In this document: one piece after another, positions 29,800-39,249 of the stretch | Numbering within the stretch: position 1 is the first letter of the stretch | Layout of the letters: each line of letters begins with the position of its first letter | Source: Bacillota bacterium | GTDB lineage: Bacteria; Bacillota; Clostridia; Lachnospirales; Lachnospiraceae | Assembly: GCA_023436225.1 (NCBI GenBank) | Contig: JAEZKA010000072.1 | Span: 406-64,405, forward strand | Length of the DNA stretch: 64,000 bases | Reading direction: 5' to 3' | Notes under the pieces: model-generated | Database searches by the model: none | What the model saw: only the letters and a program-made list of their open reading frames with translations | Told to the model about the DNA's origin: nothing | Program-made: the position numbers and the translations under genes

Positions 29800-30681
29800 A
29801 TGAGCTTTATCTCGTATTTAATAAAAGGAATCAGCCTTGGTAGTGTATATTCGATCATTGCGTTAGGCTACACCATGGTATACGGTATCGCAAAGATGCT
29901 GAATTTTGCTCATGGTGATGTCATCATGATCGGTGGATACGTGATATTCACAATTATGAGTACAATGGGATTAAACCCCATCGTTGCAGTCTTAATTTCG
30001 ATCATATTCTGTACTCTGTTGGGGGTTTCAATAGAGCGCATTGCATATAAACCTCTTAGAGGAGCGCCTTCTCTGGCGGTTTTGATTACTGCCATTGGTG
30101 TCAGCTATCTGCTACAGAACATTGCGTTATTAATTTTTGGTGCAGATACAAAGTCGTTCGCTTCGGTAATCACGATTCCGGCATTAGAGCTAGCCGGTGG
30201 TGATTTGATTATTTCTGGCGAGACTCTGGTAACCATTCCCTTGTGTCTGATTATCATGATATTATTAACAATCTTTGTGAAAAATTCTAAAACAGGCCGC
30301 AGTATGCTTGCGGTATCAGAGGATAAGGCAGCGGCAGTACTCATGGGTGTTAATGTCAATAAGACGATAGCAATCACCTTTGCCATCGGATCTGCATTGG
30401 CAGCACTTGCCAGTATGCTTATGTTCTCCTCTTATCCCAGCTTAACCTCTACCTCAGGTTCCATGCCTGGTATCAAGGCATTCGTTGCTGCAGTATTTGG
30501 TGGTATCGGTTCTATTCCTGGAGCGATGATCGGCGGTATCATGCTCGGTATTATTGAAATCCTCAGTCGTGCTTATATTTCTTCACAGCTGGCGGATGCT
30601 ATCGTATTTTTGATATTAATTGTTGTTCTTCTTGTGAAGCCGACCGGTATTCTCGGCAAGAAGCTGCAAGAGAAAGTGTAG
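29800..30681 (+). CDS. livH: BCAA ABC transporter permease
   Basis: ALGYTMVYG..NFAHG, GGIGSIPGA, KPTGILG. Confidence 0.9.
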   Translation: MSFISYLIKGISLGSVYSIIALGYTMVYGIAKMLNFAHGDVIMIGGYVIFTIMSTMGLNPIVAVLISIIFCTLLGVSIERIAYKPLRGAPSLAVLITAIGVSYLLQNIALLIFGADTKSFASVITIPALELAGGDLIISGETLVTIPLCLIIMILLTIFVKNSKTGRSMLAVSEDKAAAVLMGVNVNKTIAITFAIGSALAALASMLMFSSYPSLTSTSGSMPGIKAFVAAVFGGIGSIPGAMIGGIMLGIIEILSRAYISSQLADAIVFLILIVVLLVKPTGILGKKLQEKV

Positions 30682-31782
30682 GTGGACATTATGACAAAAT
30701 TGAAGGCATTTAATCAAATGAATAAATCCACCCGAAGTAACCTGATTACAATAGGTATTATTCTTATCATTTCAATCCTTTGCCAGGTTCTTATATCAGC
30801 AGGGGTATTATCCAATCTGATGAAGGGGCTTTTGGTCCCGTTATGTTATTATTCCATTCTGGCTATATCCTTGAACCTTACGGTCGGTATCCTTGGAGAG
30901 CTTAGTCTCGGACATGCCGGATTCATGTGTATCGGTGCATTTTCAAGCGCATTTTTCTCAAGATGTACGGAGAATATTATCACAAACACCTTTATTCGTT
31001 TTACCCTTGCGATGATAATTGGTGCTATCTTAGCGGCCGTATTCGGTATACTGATTGGTGTAGTCGTGCTTCGTCTGCGTGGTGATTATCTGGCAATCGT
31101 TACCCTGGCTTTTGGTGAAATTATTAAAAACGTAATTAATGTATTATATATCGGTATCGATAAGAATGGATTCCATTTCTCAATCAAGGACTCGATTTCA
31201 TTGGGGATGGCAGAGGATGGAGATATCATTTTGAATGGTGCAAAGGGAATTAGCGGAACTCCCAAGAATACAACCTTTATTATCGCCGTTCTCATACTGA
31301 TTGCATCGTATTTAGTTATTAGTAATCTTGTAAATTCACGTTCAGGTCGTGCTATTCAAGCGATTCGTGATAATAGAATCGCAGCAGAATCCGTGGGTAT
31401 TGATATTACCAAATTCAAGATTATCGCTTTCTCGATATCAGCGGCAATGGCGGGTGTTGCCGGAGTGCTCTATTCACATAATATATCCAGCTTGGTAGCT
31501 GCTCCGAAGAATTTTGGTTACAACATGTCCATCATGATATTGGTATTTGTGGTTCTTGGTGGAATGGGGAATATCCGTGGTTCTATTATTGCTGCCGTTG
31601 TTTTGACTCTTCTTCCGGAATACCTTCGCTTCATGCAAGATTACCGTATGCTTATTTATGCGGTTGTATTAATTGCCTTGATGATCTTCAACTGGAATCC
31701 GGCATGTATTGCATGGCGTAAAAATCATTCGATCAAGGATGTCTTATTGTCTCTTGTGAAGAAGAATAGGAAGGAGGCATAA
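30682..31782 (+). CDS. livM: BCAA ABC transporter permease
   Basis: GELSLGHAGF, LRLRGDYLAIVTLAFGEI, VVLGGMG. Confidence 0.9.
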   Translation: MDIMTKLKAFNQMNKSTRSNLITIGIILIISILCQVLISAGVLSNLMKGLLVPLCYYSILAISLNLTVGILGELSLGHAGFMCIGAFSSAFFSRCTENIITNTFIRFTLAMIIGAILAAVFGILIGVVVLRLRGDYLAIVTLAFGEIIKNVINVLYIGIDKNGFHFSIKDSISLGMAEDGDIILNGAKGISGTPKNTTFIIAVLILIASYLVISNLVNSRSGRAIQAIRDNRIAAESVGIDITKFKIIAFSISAAMAGVAGVLYSHNISSLVAAPKNFGYNMSIMILVFVVLGGMGNIRGSIIAAVVLTLLPEYLRFMQDYRMLIYAVVLIALMIFNWNPACIAWRKNHSIKDVLLSLVKKNRKEA

Positions 31783-31786
31783 GGTT

Positions 31787-32545
31787 ATGGCGATGTTATC
31801 TGTAAAAAACTTGGGGATCTCCTTTGGTGGATTACGAGCAGTTGATTCCTTTAACATAACAATTGAAAAGGGAGAGTTGTATGGCTTAATCGGGCCCAAT
31901 GGTGCTGGTAAGACAACAGCCTTTAATCTCCTGACAGGTGTATACAAGCCTGATACGGGAGTAATAACCTTAGATGGTGTAAACATCACCGGGTTAAGTA
32001 CAATCGAAATTAATAAAGCGGGTATCGCAAGAACCTTCCAGAATATCCGCTTGTTTAAGAATATGTCTGTGCTGGATAATGTTAAGATTGGTCTGCACAA
32101 TGATTACAAGTATTCCACGGCAGCCGGTATTTTTCGTCTACCCTCCTACTTTAAGGTGGAGAAACAGATGAATGAGAAGGCTCTCGACATCCTGAAGGTA
32201 TTCGATTTGGATAAAGAAGCTCATCTGCTCTCTGCGAATCTCCCTTACGGCAAACAAAGAAAACTGGAGATTGCCAGGGCTTTGGCGACAAACCCTAAGA
32301 TGCTGTTGCTGGATGAACCAGCAGCCGGTATGAACCCTTCTGAGACGGAAGAGTTAATGAAGACAATAACCCTGATCCGTAAGAAATATGATGTTACTAT
32401 TCTGTTAATTGAACATGATATGAAGCTTGTAGCAGGTATTTGTGAGAAAATATTCGTATTGAATTTCGGTATGGAGCTGGCTAATGGAATTCCCCAGGAG
32501 GTACTGAATAATCCGGAAGTAATCAAAGCATATCTTGGCGAATAG
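31787..32545 (+). CDS. livG: BCAA ABC transporter ATPase
   Basis: GPNGAGKTT, RTFQNIRLF, LPYG, LLDEPAAGMN. Confidence 0.9.
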   Translation: MAMLSVKNLGISFGGLRAVDSFNITIEKGELYGLIGPNGAGKTTAFNLLTGVYKPDTGVITLDGVNITGLSTIEINKAGIARTFQNIRLFKNMSVLDNVKIGLHNDYKYSTAAGIFRLPSYFKVEKQMNEKALDILKVFDLDKEAHLLSANLPYGKQRKLEIARALATNPKMLLLDEPAAGMNPSETEELMKTITLIRKKYDVTILLIEHDMKLVAGICEKIFVLNFGMELANGIPQEVLNNPEVIKAYLGE

Positions 32546-32561
32546 TGGAGGAAGTGAAACG

Positions 32562-33266
32562 ATGCTGGAAGTTAAAAATCTACAGGTTTATTATGGTGTG
32601 ATACAAGCGATTAAAGATGTATCCTTTACCGTAAATGAAGGAGAAGTAATCGCATTAATCGGTGCGAACGGTGCTGGAAAGACTACAATTTTGCATACAA
32701 TTACCGGTTTGATTAGTGCCAAGGGCGGAGAGGTATTATATGAAGGTATTGATCTTCAGAAGATACCGGCACATAAGATTGTTTCTTTGGGGATAGCTCA
32801 TGTACCGGAAGGCAGACATGTATTCGCACAGCTTTCAGTTTATGAGAATCTTCTGATGGGTGCCTTTACGCGTAAGGACAAGACAGAGATTGAAGAATCT
32901 ATTCAAAGTGTATATAAACGTTTTCCCAGGCTACAGGAACGAAAGAATCAGATGGCTGGAACCCTAAGTGGTGGTGAGCAGCAGATGCTGGCCATGGGGC
33001 GCGCTCTGATGTCAAAGCCGAAGATCATACTTATGGATGAGCCGTCAATGGGTTTATCACCAATTTTGGTTGCTGAGATATTCGATATTATCAAAAGTAT
33101 CAGTGCTAGCGGAACCACCGTTCTCTTGGTTGAACAAAATGCAAAGAAGGCTTTATCTATTGCAGATCGTGCCTATGTACTTGAGACAGGTAAAATCGTT
33201 CTGACAGATGACGCAAAGAAGCTTATGGATAATGAACAGGTGAAGAAGGCATATCTAGGCGAATAG
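32562..33266 (+). CDS. livF: BCAA ABC transporter ATPase
   Basis: GANGAGKTT, VPEGR, LSGGEQQML, DEPSMGL. Confidence 0.9.
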   Translation: MLEVKNLQVYYGVIQAIKDVSFTVNEGEVIALIGANGAGKTTILHTITGLISAKGGEVLYEGIDLQKIPAHKIVSLGIAHVPEGRHVFAQLSVYENLLMGAFTRKDKTEIEESIQSVYKRFPRLQERKNQMAGTLSGGEQQMLAMGRALMSKPKIILMDEPSMGLSPILVAEIFDIIKSISASGTTVLLVEQNAKKALSIADRAYVLETGKIVLTDDAKKLMDNEQVKKAYLGE

Positions 33267-33298
33267 ATTGAAAAATAAAAGATTATTCAACTAGCAAA

Positions 33299-34192
33299 TG
33301 AATAAAAAGCAATTCATACGGGAAGAAGCTGCGAAAATTGCTCATTGGAGCAAACTCCTTGTTATGCCGGGATCCCGGCTACATCAAAGATGTAGCATGT
33401 TGGATTAGTATGAAAAATGTGAATGAATGATTGTTCTTTCCAATAAACTGTATTGCGGTAAGTTTTGATAATATACATTGAATTAGGAGGTTGCATATGG
33501 ATAAGTATGTAATTACAATTGCCAGAGGATATGGCAGCGGCGGCCGTACGATAGGTAAGATGCTGTCAGAAGAGTTGGGCATCCCTTATTATGACAGGGA
33601 TTTATTACGCTTTGCTTCCGAAGACAGCGGTATCAATGAGCAGCTCTTTGCCAAGGCAGATGAGAAGCTGAAGAAAAGCCTATTATTTAAAATTGCAAAG
33701 AATGTGTATAAGGGAGAATTAATACCGCCAGATAGTGACGATTTTATATCAAATGATAACTTATTTAATTATCAAGCTAAAATTATTAAGGAACTGGCTG
33801 AAACAGAATCTTGTATCATTATCGGGCGCTGTGCTGATTTCATACTGAAGGATCATCCCAATGTTGTGCGCTTATTTGTACATGCACCTTTGCAGGATTG
33901 TATTAATACACTGGTTGATATGACAGGTAAATCCGAGAAGGAAGTAGAAAAACAAATTCTTGATATTGACAAACACCGTGCAGGTTATTATAAATATTAC
34001 ACAGGAAGAGATTGGGAAAATGCAAAGCATTATGATTTGTGTTTAAACAGCAGTAAGCTAGGTTTTCAAAAGTGTGTAGAGATTGTAAAGTCCTATCTTG
34101 ATATCAGATTCCGATAATAGTGTGAATTGAAGAGCAATTCACACGGGAAGAACTACGAAGTTTGCCCATTGGAGCAAAATCCTTGTTCTTCC
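33299..34192 (+). repeat. Two copies of an approximately 65-70 bp dispersed repeat (33299-33363 and 34123-34192)
   Basis: Shared GCAATTCA.ACGGGAAGAA..CGAA..TTGC.CATTGGAGCAAA.TCCTTGTT. Confidence 0.85.
33497..34117 (+). CDS. Cytidylate kinase-like family protein
   Basis: ITIARGYGSGG, IIGRCAD, YYTGRDW..YDLCLNS. Confidence 0.85.
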   Translation: MDKYVITIARGYGSGGRTIGKMLSEELGIPYYDRDLLRFASEDSGINEQLFAKADEKLKKSLLFKIAKNVYKGELIPPDSDDFISNDNLFNYQAKIIKELAETESCIIIGRCADFILKDHPNVVRLFVHAPLQDCINTLVDMTGKSEKEVEKQILDIDKHRAGYYKYYTGRDWENAKHYDLCLNSSKLGFQKCVEIVKSYLDIRFR

Positions 34193-34345
34193 ACATAGTT
34201 AAATAAATCATATGGAAAGGGCTGTCTTGTTAGGCGGCTCTTTTTGTGGACTGTATAATTATGACAAGGGTATTGATAATCATGCAAGAGTGTGATATAC
34301 TTTAGAGCAAAATTTGAAATGGCTATGCCGGAAAAGAGGTACGCG

Positions 34346-35533
34346 ATGATCTCAGAAAAGATGATTGGTTTAGTGAAAAATAGCTCCGTAATCAGAGCAA
34401 TGTTTGAAGAGGGGAAAAGACTAGCCGGTATCTATGGTGCCGAAAATGTTTATGATTTTAGCCTGGGGAATCCAAGCGTTGAGCCTCCGATGGAGATTAA
34501 GGAAGCCTTGATCCAGGTTATCAATGATGAAACTCCGAATCTGGTCCACGGATACATGAATAACTCTGGATATGAGGATGTTAGAGAGAAGATAGCAGTA
34601 TCCATCAATCATAACTTTGGTACCGATTTTCATTGCGACAATATCATCATGACCGTTGGTGCTGCCGGAGGTCTGAATGTTATTTTAAAGACATTACTAA
34701 ATCCTTTGGATGAGGTGGTGGTATTTGCTCCGTTCTTTGGAGAATATCGTAATTATATCAGCAATTTTGACGGTCAGATTGTCGTTGTCAGTCCTAACAC
34801 CGTTGATTTTCAACCGAATCTGAAGGAGTTTGAAGAGAAGCTCTCCGCAAAGACGAAAGCAGTCCTTATAAATACCCCCAATAATCCGACTGGAGTTGTA
34901 TATTCCGAGAAGACAATCCGGGAATTAGCAGATATTTTAAATAAGAAGCAACAGGAATTTGGTACTTCTATTTACTTGATTTCGGATGAACCTTACCGAG
35001 AGCTGGCTTATGATGGAGTTCAAGTTCCTTACCTCACTAAGTATTATAAAAATACCATTGTAGGCTATTCTTATAGTAAATCACTTTCTCTTCCAGGTGA
35101 AAGAATTGGATATCTGGTGATACCAAAGGAAGTGGATGATTATGAGGATGTAGCAGCGGGAGCCAATGTTGCTAATCGTATTCTGGGTTATGTAAATGCA
35201 CCATCCTTGATTCAAAGGGCGGTAGCCAGATGTCTCGATGCAAAAGTGGATGTGGAAATTTATAACCGCAACCGTGAATTACTATATAATAATCTTGTTT
35301 CCTATGGATATGAATGTGTGAAACCACAAGGTGCTTTCTACTTATTTATTAAAGCTCTAGAGGAGAATGATAAAGCATTTTCTGAGGCGGCAAAGAAACA
35401 TAACCTGTTAATTGTCTCCGGCTCCGCTTTCGGCTGCCCGGGATACTGCAGAATTGCATATTGTGTAGACTATGCCATGATTGAACGTGCTTTGCCTAAG
35501 TTTAAGAAGCTTGCTGAAGAATATGGGAGATAA
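34346..35533 (+). CDS. Class I/II PLP-dependent aminotransferase (aspartate aminotransferase-like)
   Basis: FSLGNP, NTPNNPTG, SDEPY, SYSKSLSLPGERIG. Confidence 0.9.
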   Translation: MISEKMIGLVKNSSVIRAMFEEGKRLAGIYGAENVYDFSLGNPSVEPPMEIKEALIQVINDETPNLVHGYMNNSGYEDVREKIAVSINHNFGTDFHCDNIIMTVGAAGGLNVILKTLLNPLDEVVVFAPFFGEYRNYISNFDGQIVVVSPNTVDFQPNLKEFEEKLSAKTKAVLINTPNNPTGVVYSEKTIRELADILNKKQQEFGTSIYLISDEPYRELAYDGVQVPYLTKYYKNTIVGYSYSKSLSLPGERIGYLVIPKEVDDYEDVAAGANVANRILGYVNAPSLIQRAVARCLDAKVDVEIYNRNRELLYNNLVSYGYECVKPQGAFYLFIKALEENDKAFSEAAKKHNLLIVSGSAFGCPGYCRIAYCVDYAMIERALPKFKKLAEEYGR

Positions 35534-35616
35534 TCAAAACTTCATTATTAAGAAGCGATTTAGTATATTAGAAAGGAAGATGCAGCATCGTTATTTGCAT
35601 GCTGTACGGATAACCT

Positions 35617-36687
35617 ATGAGAGCATGGGAACGAAATATTCGGACCGTTATTCCGTATATACCTGGTGAACAGCCGAATTGTAAGGATATGATAAAGCTG
35701 AATACGAATGAGAATCCTTATCCGCCGGCACCTGGCGTTAAAAAAGTCTTAGAGAACCTGGATGGAGATGTGCTAAGATTATATCCTGATCCGACGATTA
35801 AATTATTGGTTGAGGAGTTGGCGAATTATTATCATCTTAAGGAAGAACAGGTATTTGTAGGTGTGGGGTCCGATGATGTATTGGCAACCGCCTTCTTAAC
35901 CTTTTTCAATTCGAATAAGCCGGTGTTATTTCCTGATATCACCTACTCTTTTTATCCGGTTTGGTGCGATCTTTATCGGATTCCTTATGAGAGACCTGCC
36001 TTGGATGAGGATTTCAGAATTATAAAAGAAGATTATTATAGAGAGAACGGCGGAATTGTTCTTGCCAATCCCAATGCACCTACCTCGATTTATGAAGAAC
36101 TGAGTGTAATGGAAGACATCCTTAGGCGTAATCAGGAGTCAGTTGTAATTATAGATGAAGCCTATGTGGATTTCGCCGGCGCGTCTGCAATCGGACTAAT
36201 AGAGAAGTATGATAACCTTGTAGTAGTACAGACCTTTTCGAAGTCAAGATCGATGGCTGGAATGAGAATCGGTTATGCTATGGGTAATGCAGCCTTAATC
36301 AAAGCTTTAAATGATGTAAAGTATTCAATCAATTCCTACACCATGAATCAGACGTCCATATATGCTGGTGTTGAAGCAGTTAAGGATGTACCGTATTATA
36401 AGGAAGGAATCAGGAAGATATTAGCTACCAGAGAGTGGTCTGAACGGGAATTAAAGAGCTTAGGATTTACTTTCCCAGAGTCCGGTGCGAATTTCATTTT
36501 TGCGGCTCATAAAAGCATTCCAGCTAAAGATATATATGAAGCTTTAAAAAGTAACAATATCTTTGTTCGATATTTTAATGTTCCTAGAATTGACAATTGT
36601 CTGCGTATTACAATAGGAACGGATGATGAGATGCATCGTATGTTTACTTATTTAAAGAGCTTTATTAATAGTTATAACAATAAATAA
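35617..36687 (+). CDS. hisC: Histidinol-phosphate aminotransferase
   Basis: KLNTNENP, DEAY, TFSKSRSMAGMRIG, LRITIG. Confidence 0.9.
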   Translation: MRAWERNIRTVIPYIPGEQPNCKDMIKLNTNENPYPPAPGVKKVLENLDGDVLRLYPDPTIKLLVEELANYYHLKEEQVFVGVGSDDVLATAFLTFFNSNKPVLFPDITYSFYPVWCDLYRIPYERPALDEDFRIIKEDYYRENGGIVLANPNAPTSIYEELSVMEDILRRNQESVVIIDEAYVDFAGASAIGLIEKYDNLVVVQTFSKSRSMAGMRIGYAMGNAALIKALNDVKYSINSYTMNQTSIYAGVEAVKDVPYYKEGIRKILATREWSERELKSLGFTFPESGANFIFAAHKSIPAKDIYEALKSNNIFVRYFNVPRIDNCLRITIGTDDEMHRMFTYLKSFINSYNNK

Positions 36688-36714
36688 GTATATTCTTTGG
36701 GAGGAGCTTTTAAA

Positions 36715-37107
36715 ATGAAAGTACTGATTGCAGAAGATGATTTTGCCAGCAGAAAATTCATGCTTCGTTTTTTATCAAAATACGGTGAATGCGATATCAC
36801 AGTGGATGGCGTAGAGGCTGTGGAGGCCTTTACGATGGCGTTGGAAGAGAATGAAGGGTATGATCTGGTTTGCCTTGATATCATGATGCCCGGAATGGAT
36901 GGTTATCAGGCATTAAAGAAGATAAGAGAGATAGAGCAGGAGAAGTTAGTTCCAGAGGATAAGGCAGTAAAGATAATTATGACTACCGCCCTAAACGAGG
37001 GAAAGAACGTAACAAAAGCCTTTGATCTTGGTTGTACCGCTTATGCAGGTAAACCGATTGATCAGGACAAATTTGAAAATGTATTAAGGAAGCTTGACTT
37101 AATTTAG
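36715..37107 (+). CDS. Single-domain (CheY-like) response regulator
   Basis: LIAEDD, LDIMMPGMDG, MTTA, KP motifs. Confidence 0.9.
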   Translation: MKVLIAEDDFASRKFMLRFLSKYGECDITVDGVEAVEAFTMALEENEGYDLVCLDIMMPGMDGYQALKKIREIEQEKLVPEDKAVKIIMTTALNEGKNVTKAFDLGCTAYAGKPIDQDKFENVLRKLDLI

Positions 37108-37175
37108 TCTAATAATCAAAATGAGAAGGATACACTTGACGGAAATTGGCAAAAAGGGAAGGCTCGGTAGATGGC

Positions 37176-37805
37176 ATGAATTATCAAAAGGAATTAGACA
37201 ACTTAATAGAAAAGCTGGTGGAGCAGCAACTCCGGCCAAAACTCTTAATTCACAGCTGTTGTGCACCATGTAGCAGCTATGTTTTGGAATACCTTTCACA
37301 GTACTTTGAGATTACCATCTTTTACTTTAACCCGAATATCTATCCCGAAGACGAATATAATAGAAGAGTAGAGGAACAGAAGCAATTGATACAAGCAATG
37401 CCTCTAACCTCAAAGGTCAAGTTTCGCCAGGGAGAGTATCGGCCCCAGGAATATTATCAGGCAATCAAAGGACTGGAGAAGGAACCGGAGGGCGGTAATC
37501 GTTGTTTCGTATGCTATGAGATGCGACTTCGGGAAGCGGCACAACGAGCAAGAGAGGGTGGTTATGACTATTTTACAACTACCTTGTCCATCAGTCCTCA
37601 TAAGAAATCGGAAAAGTTGAATGAAATAGGCAGCAACCTGGCAGCAGAATTTGGAGTTGCTTATCTTCCTTCGGATTTTAAGAAAAAGAATGGTTATAAG
37701 CGCTCCATCGAATTGTCAAAGGAATATAATCTATACCGACAGGATTATTGCGGTTGTATATTTTCCATGAGGGATCAGCCGGAGCAGGGTGAAACAATAA
37801 AGTAA
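37176..37805 (+). CDS. queH: Epoxyqueuosine reductase QueH
   Basis: HSCCAPCS, NPNIYP, RCFVCY..RL, SISPHK, YRQDYCGC. Confidence 0.9.
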   Translation: MNYQKELDNLIEKLVEQQLRPKLLIHSCCAPCSSYVLEYLSQYFEITIFYFNPNIYPEDEYNRRVEEQKQLIQAMPLTSKVKFRQGEYRPQEYYQAIKGLEKEPEGGNRCFVCYEMRLREAAQRAREGGYDYFTTTLSISPHKKSEKLNEIGSNLAAEFGVAYLPSDFKKKNGYKRSIELSKEYNLYRQDYCGCIFSMRDQPEQGETIK

Positions 37806-37831
37806 TCGGATAGTGATTTATTACGTTAGAA

Positions 37832-37866
37832 AAAGGCTTAATTCTGAAAATCAGAATTAAGCCTTT
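37832..37866. terminator. Bidirectional terminator between convergent genes
   Basis: Perfect 16-bp stem AAAGGCTTAATTCTGA/TCAGAATTAAGCCTTT. Confidence 0.8.
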
Positions 37867-37927
37867 AGATTTACATATTCCTAATCATTTAATTAAGAAT
37901 GAATGGAGATAGCTTCCAATGCAGTGT

Positions 37928-38749
37928 TTACTTGACATCAGAGGGATCCATGGGTGGAATATTCCATTTATTATCCATTGGATAAGGTGTATTTATTAAG
38001 TCTTCCTTAGGATGCGGCATAGGATGATCCGGTAAGCAGACCTGCTGCTTTTGAAGAAGTTTGATGCAAAGGTATAAGACGGACTTATCAGTAAATTCCT
38101 GGAATTCCTCTTCGTTAATGCCGATCGGAGTGCCTCTATCATCGATGTCTGCATCGTATATTGCGGACCATTCAAGCTCACAAAAGACAGGTTCGTTAAA
38201 TATTTCAACATTCGATCTATCTGCCTCTCTAATATCTTTCCCCATACGTTTCTCATCAAAATACCGGGCAACCATAGCTGGAGGATTGGGTATAATTTGA
38301 GGCTTTTTACCACAGAAATCAACTTTTGTATAGACTTTAAACGGAACATGTACCGTGGTGTCTTTGATAGAACCGGCAATTGCATAACCTTTTGTACAGC
38401 TTCTTGCAGCATATTCAATATTTTTTCTGATATATCCCTCGATAAAGACCTTATTTGTGGGAGGAATGTATCTGCATTGTGTTAAGAATACCTGTTTTTC
38501 AATTCTCTTTATCTCATATGCAGGCTCGTTTAGCCTGATCTTTGATTCGGAATCTATTTGAACAACAAATTCAGCAAGTACTTTGGGGATTTTGAAATTG
38601 CCTCCCCACCAGGGATAATTCTCGGCTGCTGGAAGAGTGTCTGCACTTATAACATTAGCCTGGCATTCCATAACACAGTTGGATTTAGCGTTAGCTTCTA
38701 AACTTGGAACATGGTTTTGGTTAAATTGTTTACCCTCCATATATTTCAT
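37928..38749 (-). CDS. CsxC-like spore coat/exosporium protein
   Basis: KIPKVLAEFVVQID, EIKRIEKQVFLTQC, GYIRKNIEY, NEPVFCEL, KLLQKQQV resemble clostridial CsxC. Confidence 0.65.
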   Translation of the reverse strand: MKYMEGKQFNQNHVPSLEANAKSNCVMECQANVISADTLPAAENYPWWGGNFKIPKVLAEFVVQIDSESKIRLNEPAYEIKRIEKQVFLTQCRYIPPTNKVFIEGYIRKNIEYAARSCTKGYAIAGSIKDTTVHVPFKVYTKVDFCGKKPQIIPNPPAMVARYFDEKRMGKDIREADRSNVEIFNEPVFCELEWSAIYDADIDDRGTPIGINEEEFQEFTDKSVLYLCIKLLQKQQVCLPDHPMPHPKEDLINTPYPMDNKWNIPPMDPSDVK

Positions 38750-38909
38750 CTCCTAATCATATTATTTTTGGAAAATGAATAATATCATCTCCTAGTATAT
38801 ATTATTCAGCAAGACGAAAAATGTTAATATAGATCGATTACAGTCGAAGAAAATGAGGCAATATACCATATTTATACCTTGTTTATCTTCGTCAATTCGT
38901 GTTCTTGTG

Positions 38910-38964
38910 TTGACAAATGATGGTTATCAGCTTATAATGTAGTAGCAAATGATAATTATTATCA
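38910..38964 (+). promoter_or_regulatory. Sigma-A promoter and Fur box of feoAB
   Basis: TTGACA-17 bp-TATAAT (38910-38938); 7-1-7 palindrome TGATAAT-T-ATTATCA (38950-38964). Confidence 0.85.
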
Positions 38965-39024
38965 ATAAGAGTGAATCATTAACATATTGAGCTGGATTCT
39001 TTATAGACAGAGAGGATGTAAGAT

Positions 39025-39249
39025 ATGACATTACGGGAGGCAAAAATTGGAGCTAATTATACTGTGAGCTCTTTGAATTTGGATATGGTTACACGGCGAA
39101 GGCTGGAGGCTCTTGGTCTGACCAGAGGTACGGATATTAGTATCTTGAATCGGAGTCGAAGTGGTGCAGTCATTCTGATGGTACGGGGAAGCAGACTGGC
39201 ACTTGGCAGTAAAATAGCTGAAACAATTCACATGAAGGAGGCATCCTAA
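39025..39249 (+). CDS. feoA: Ferrous iron transport protein A
   Basis: RRLEALGL..G, VRGSRLALG; directly upstream of feoB. Confidence 0.9.
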   Translation: MTLREAKIGANYTVSSLNLDMVTRRRLEALGLTRGTDISILNRSRSGAVILMVRGSRLALGSKIAETIHMKEAS

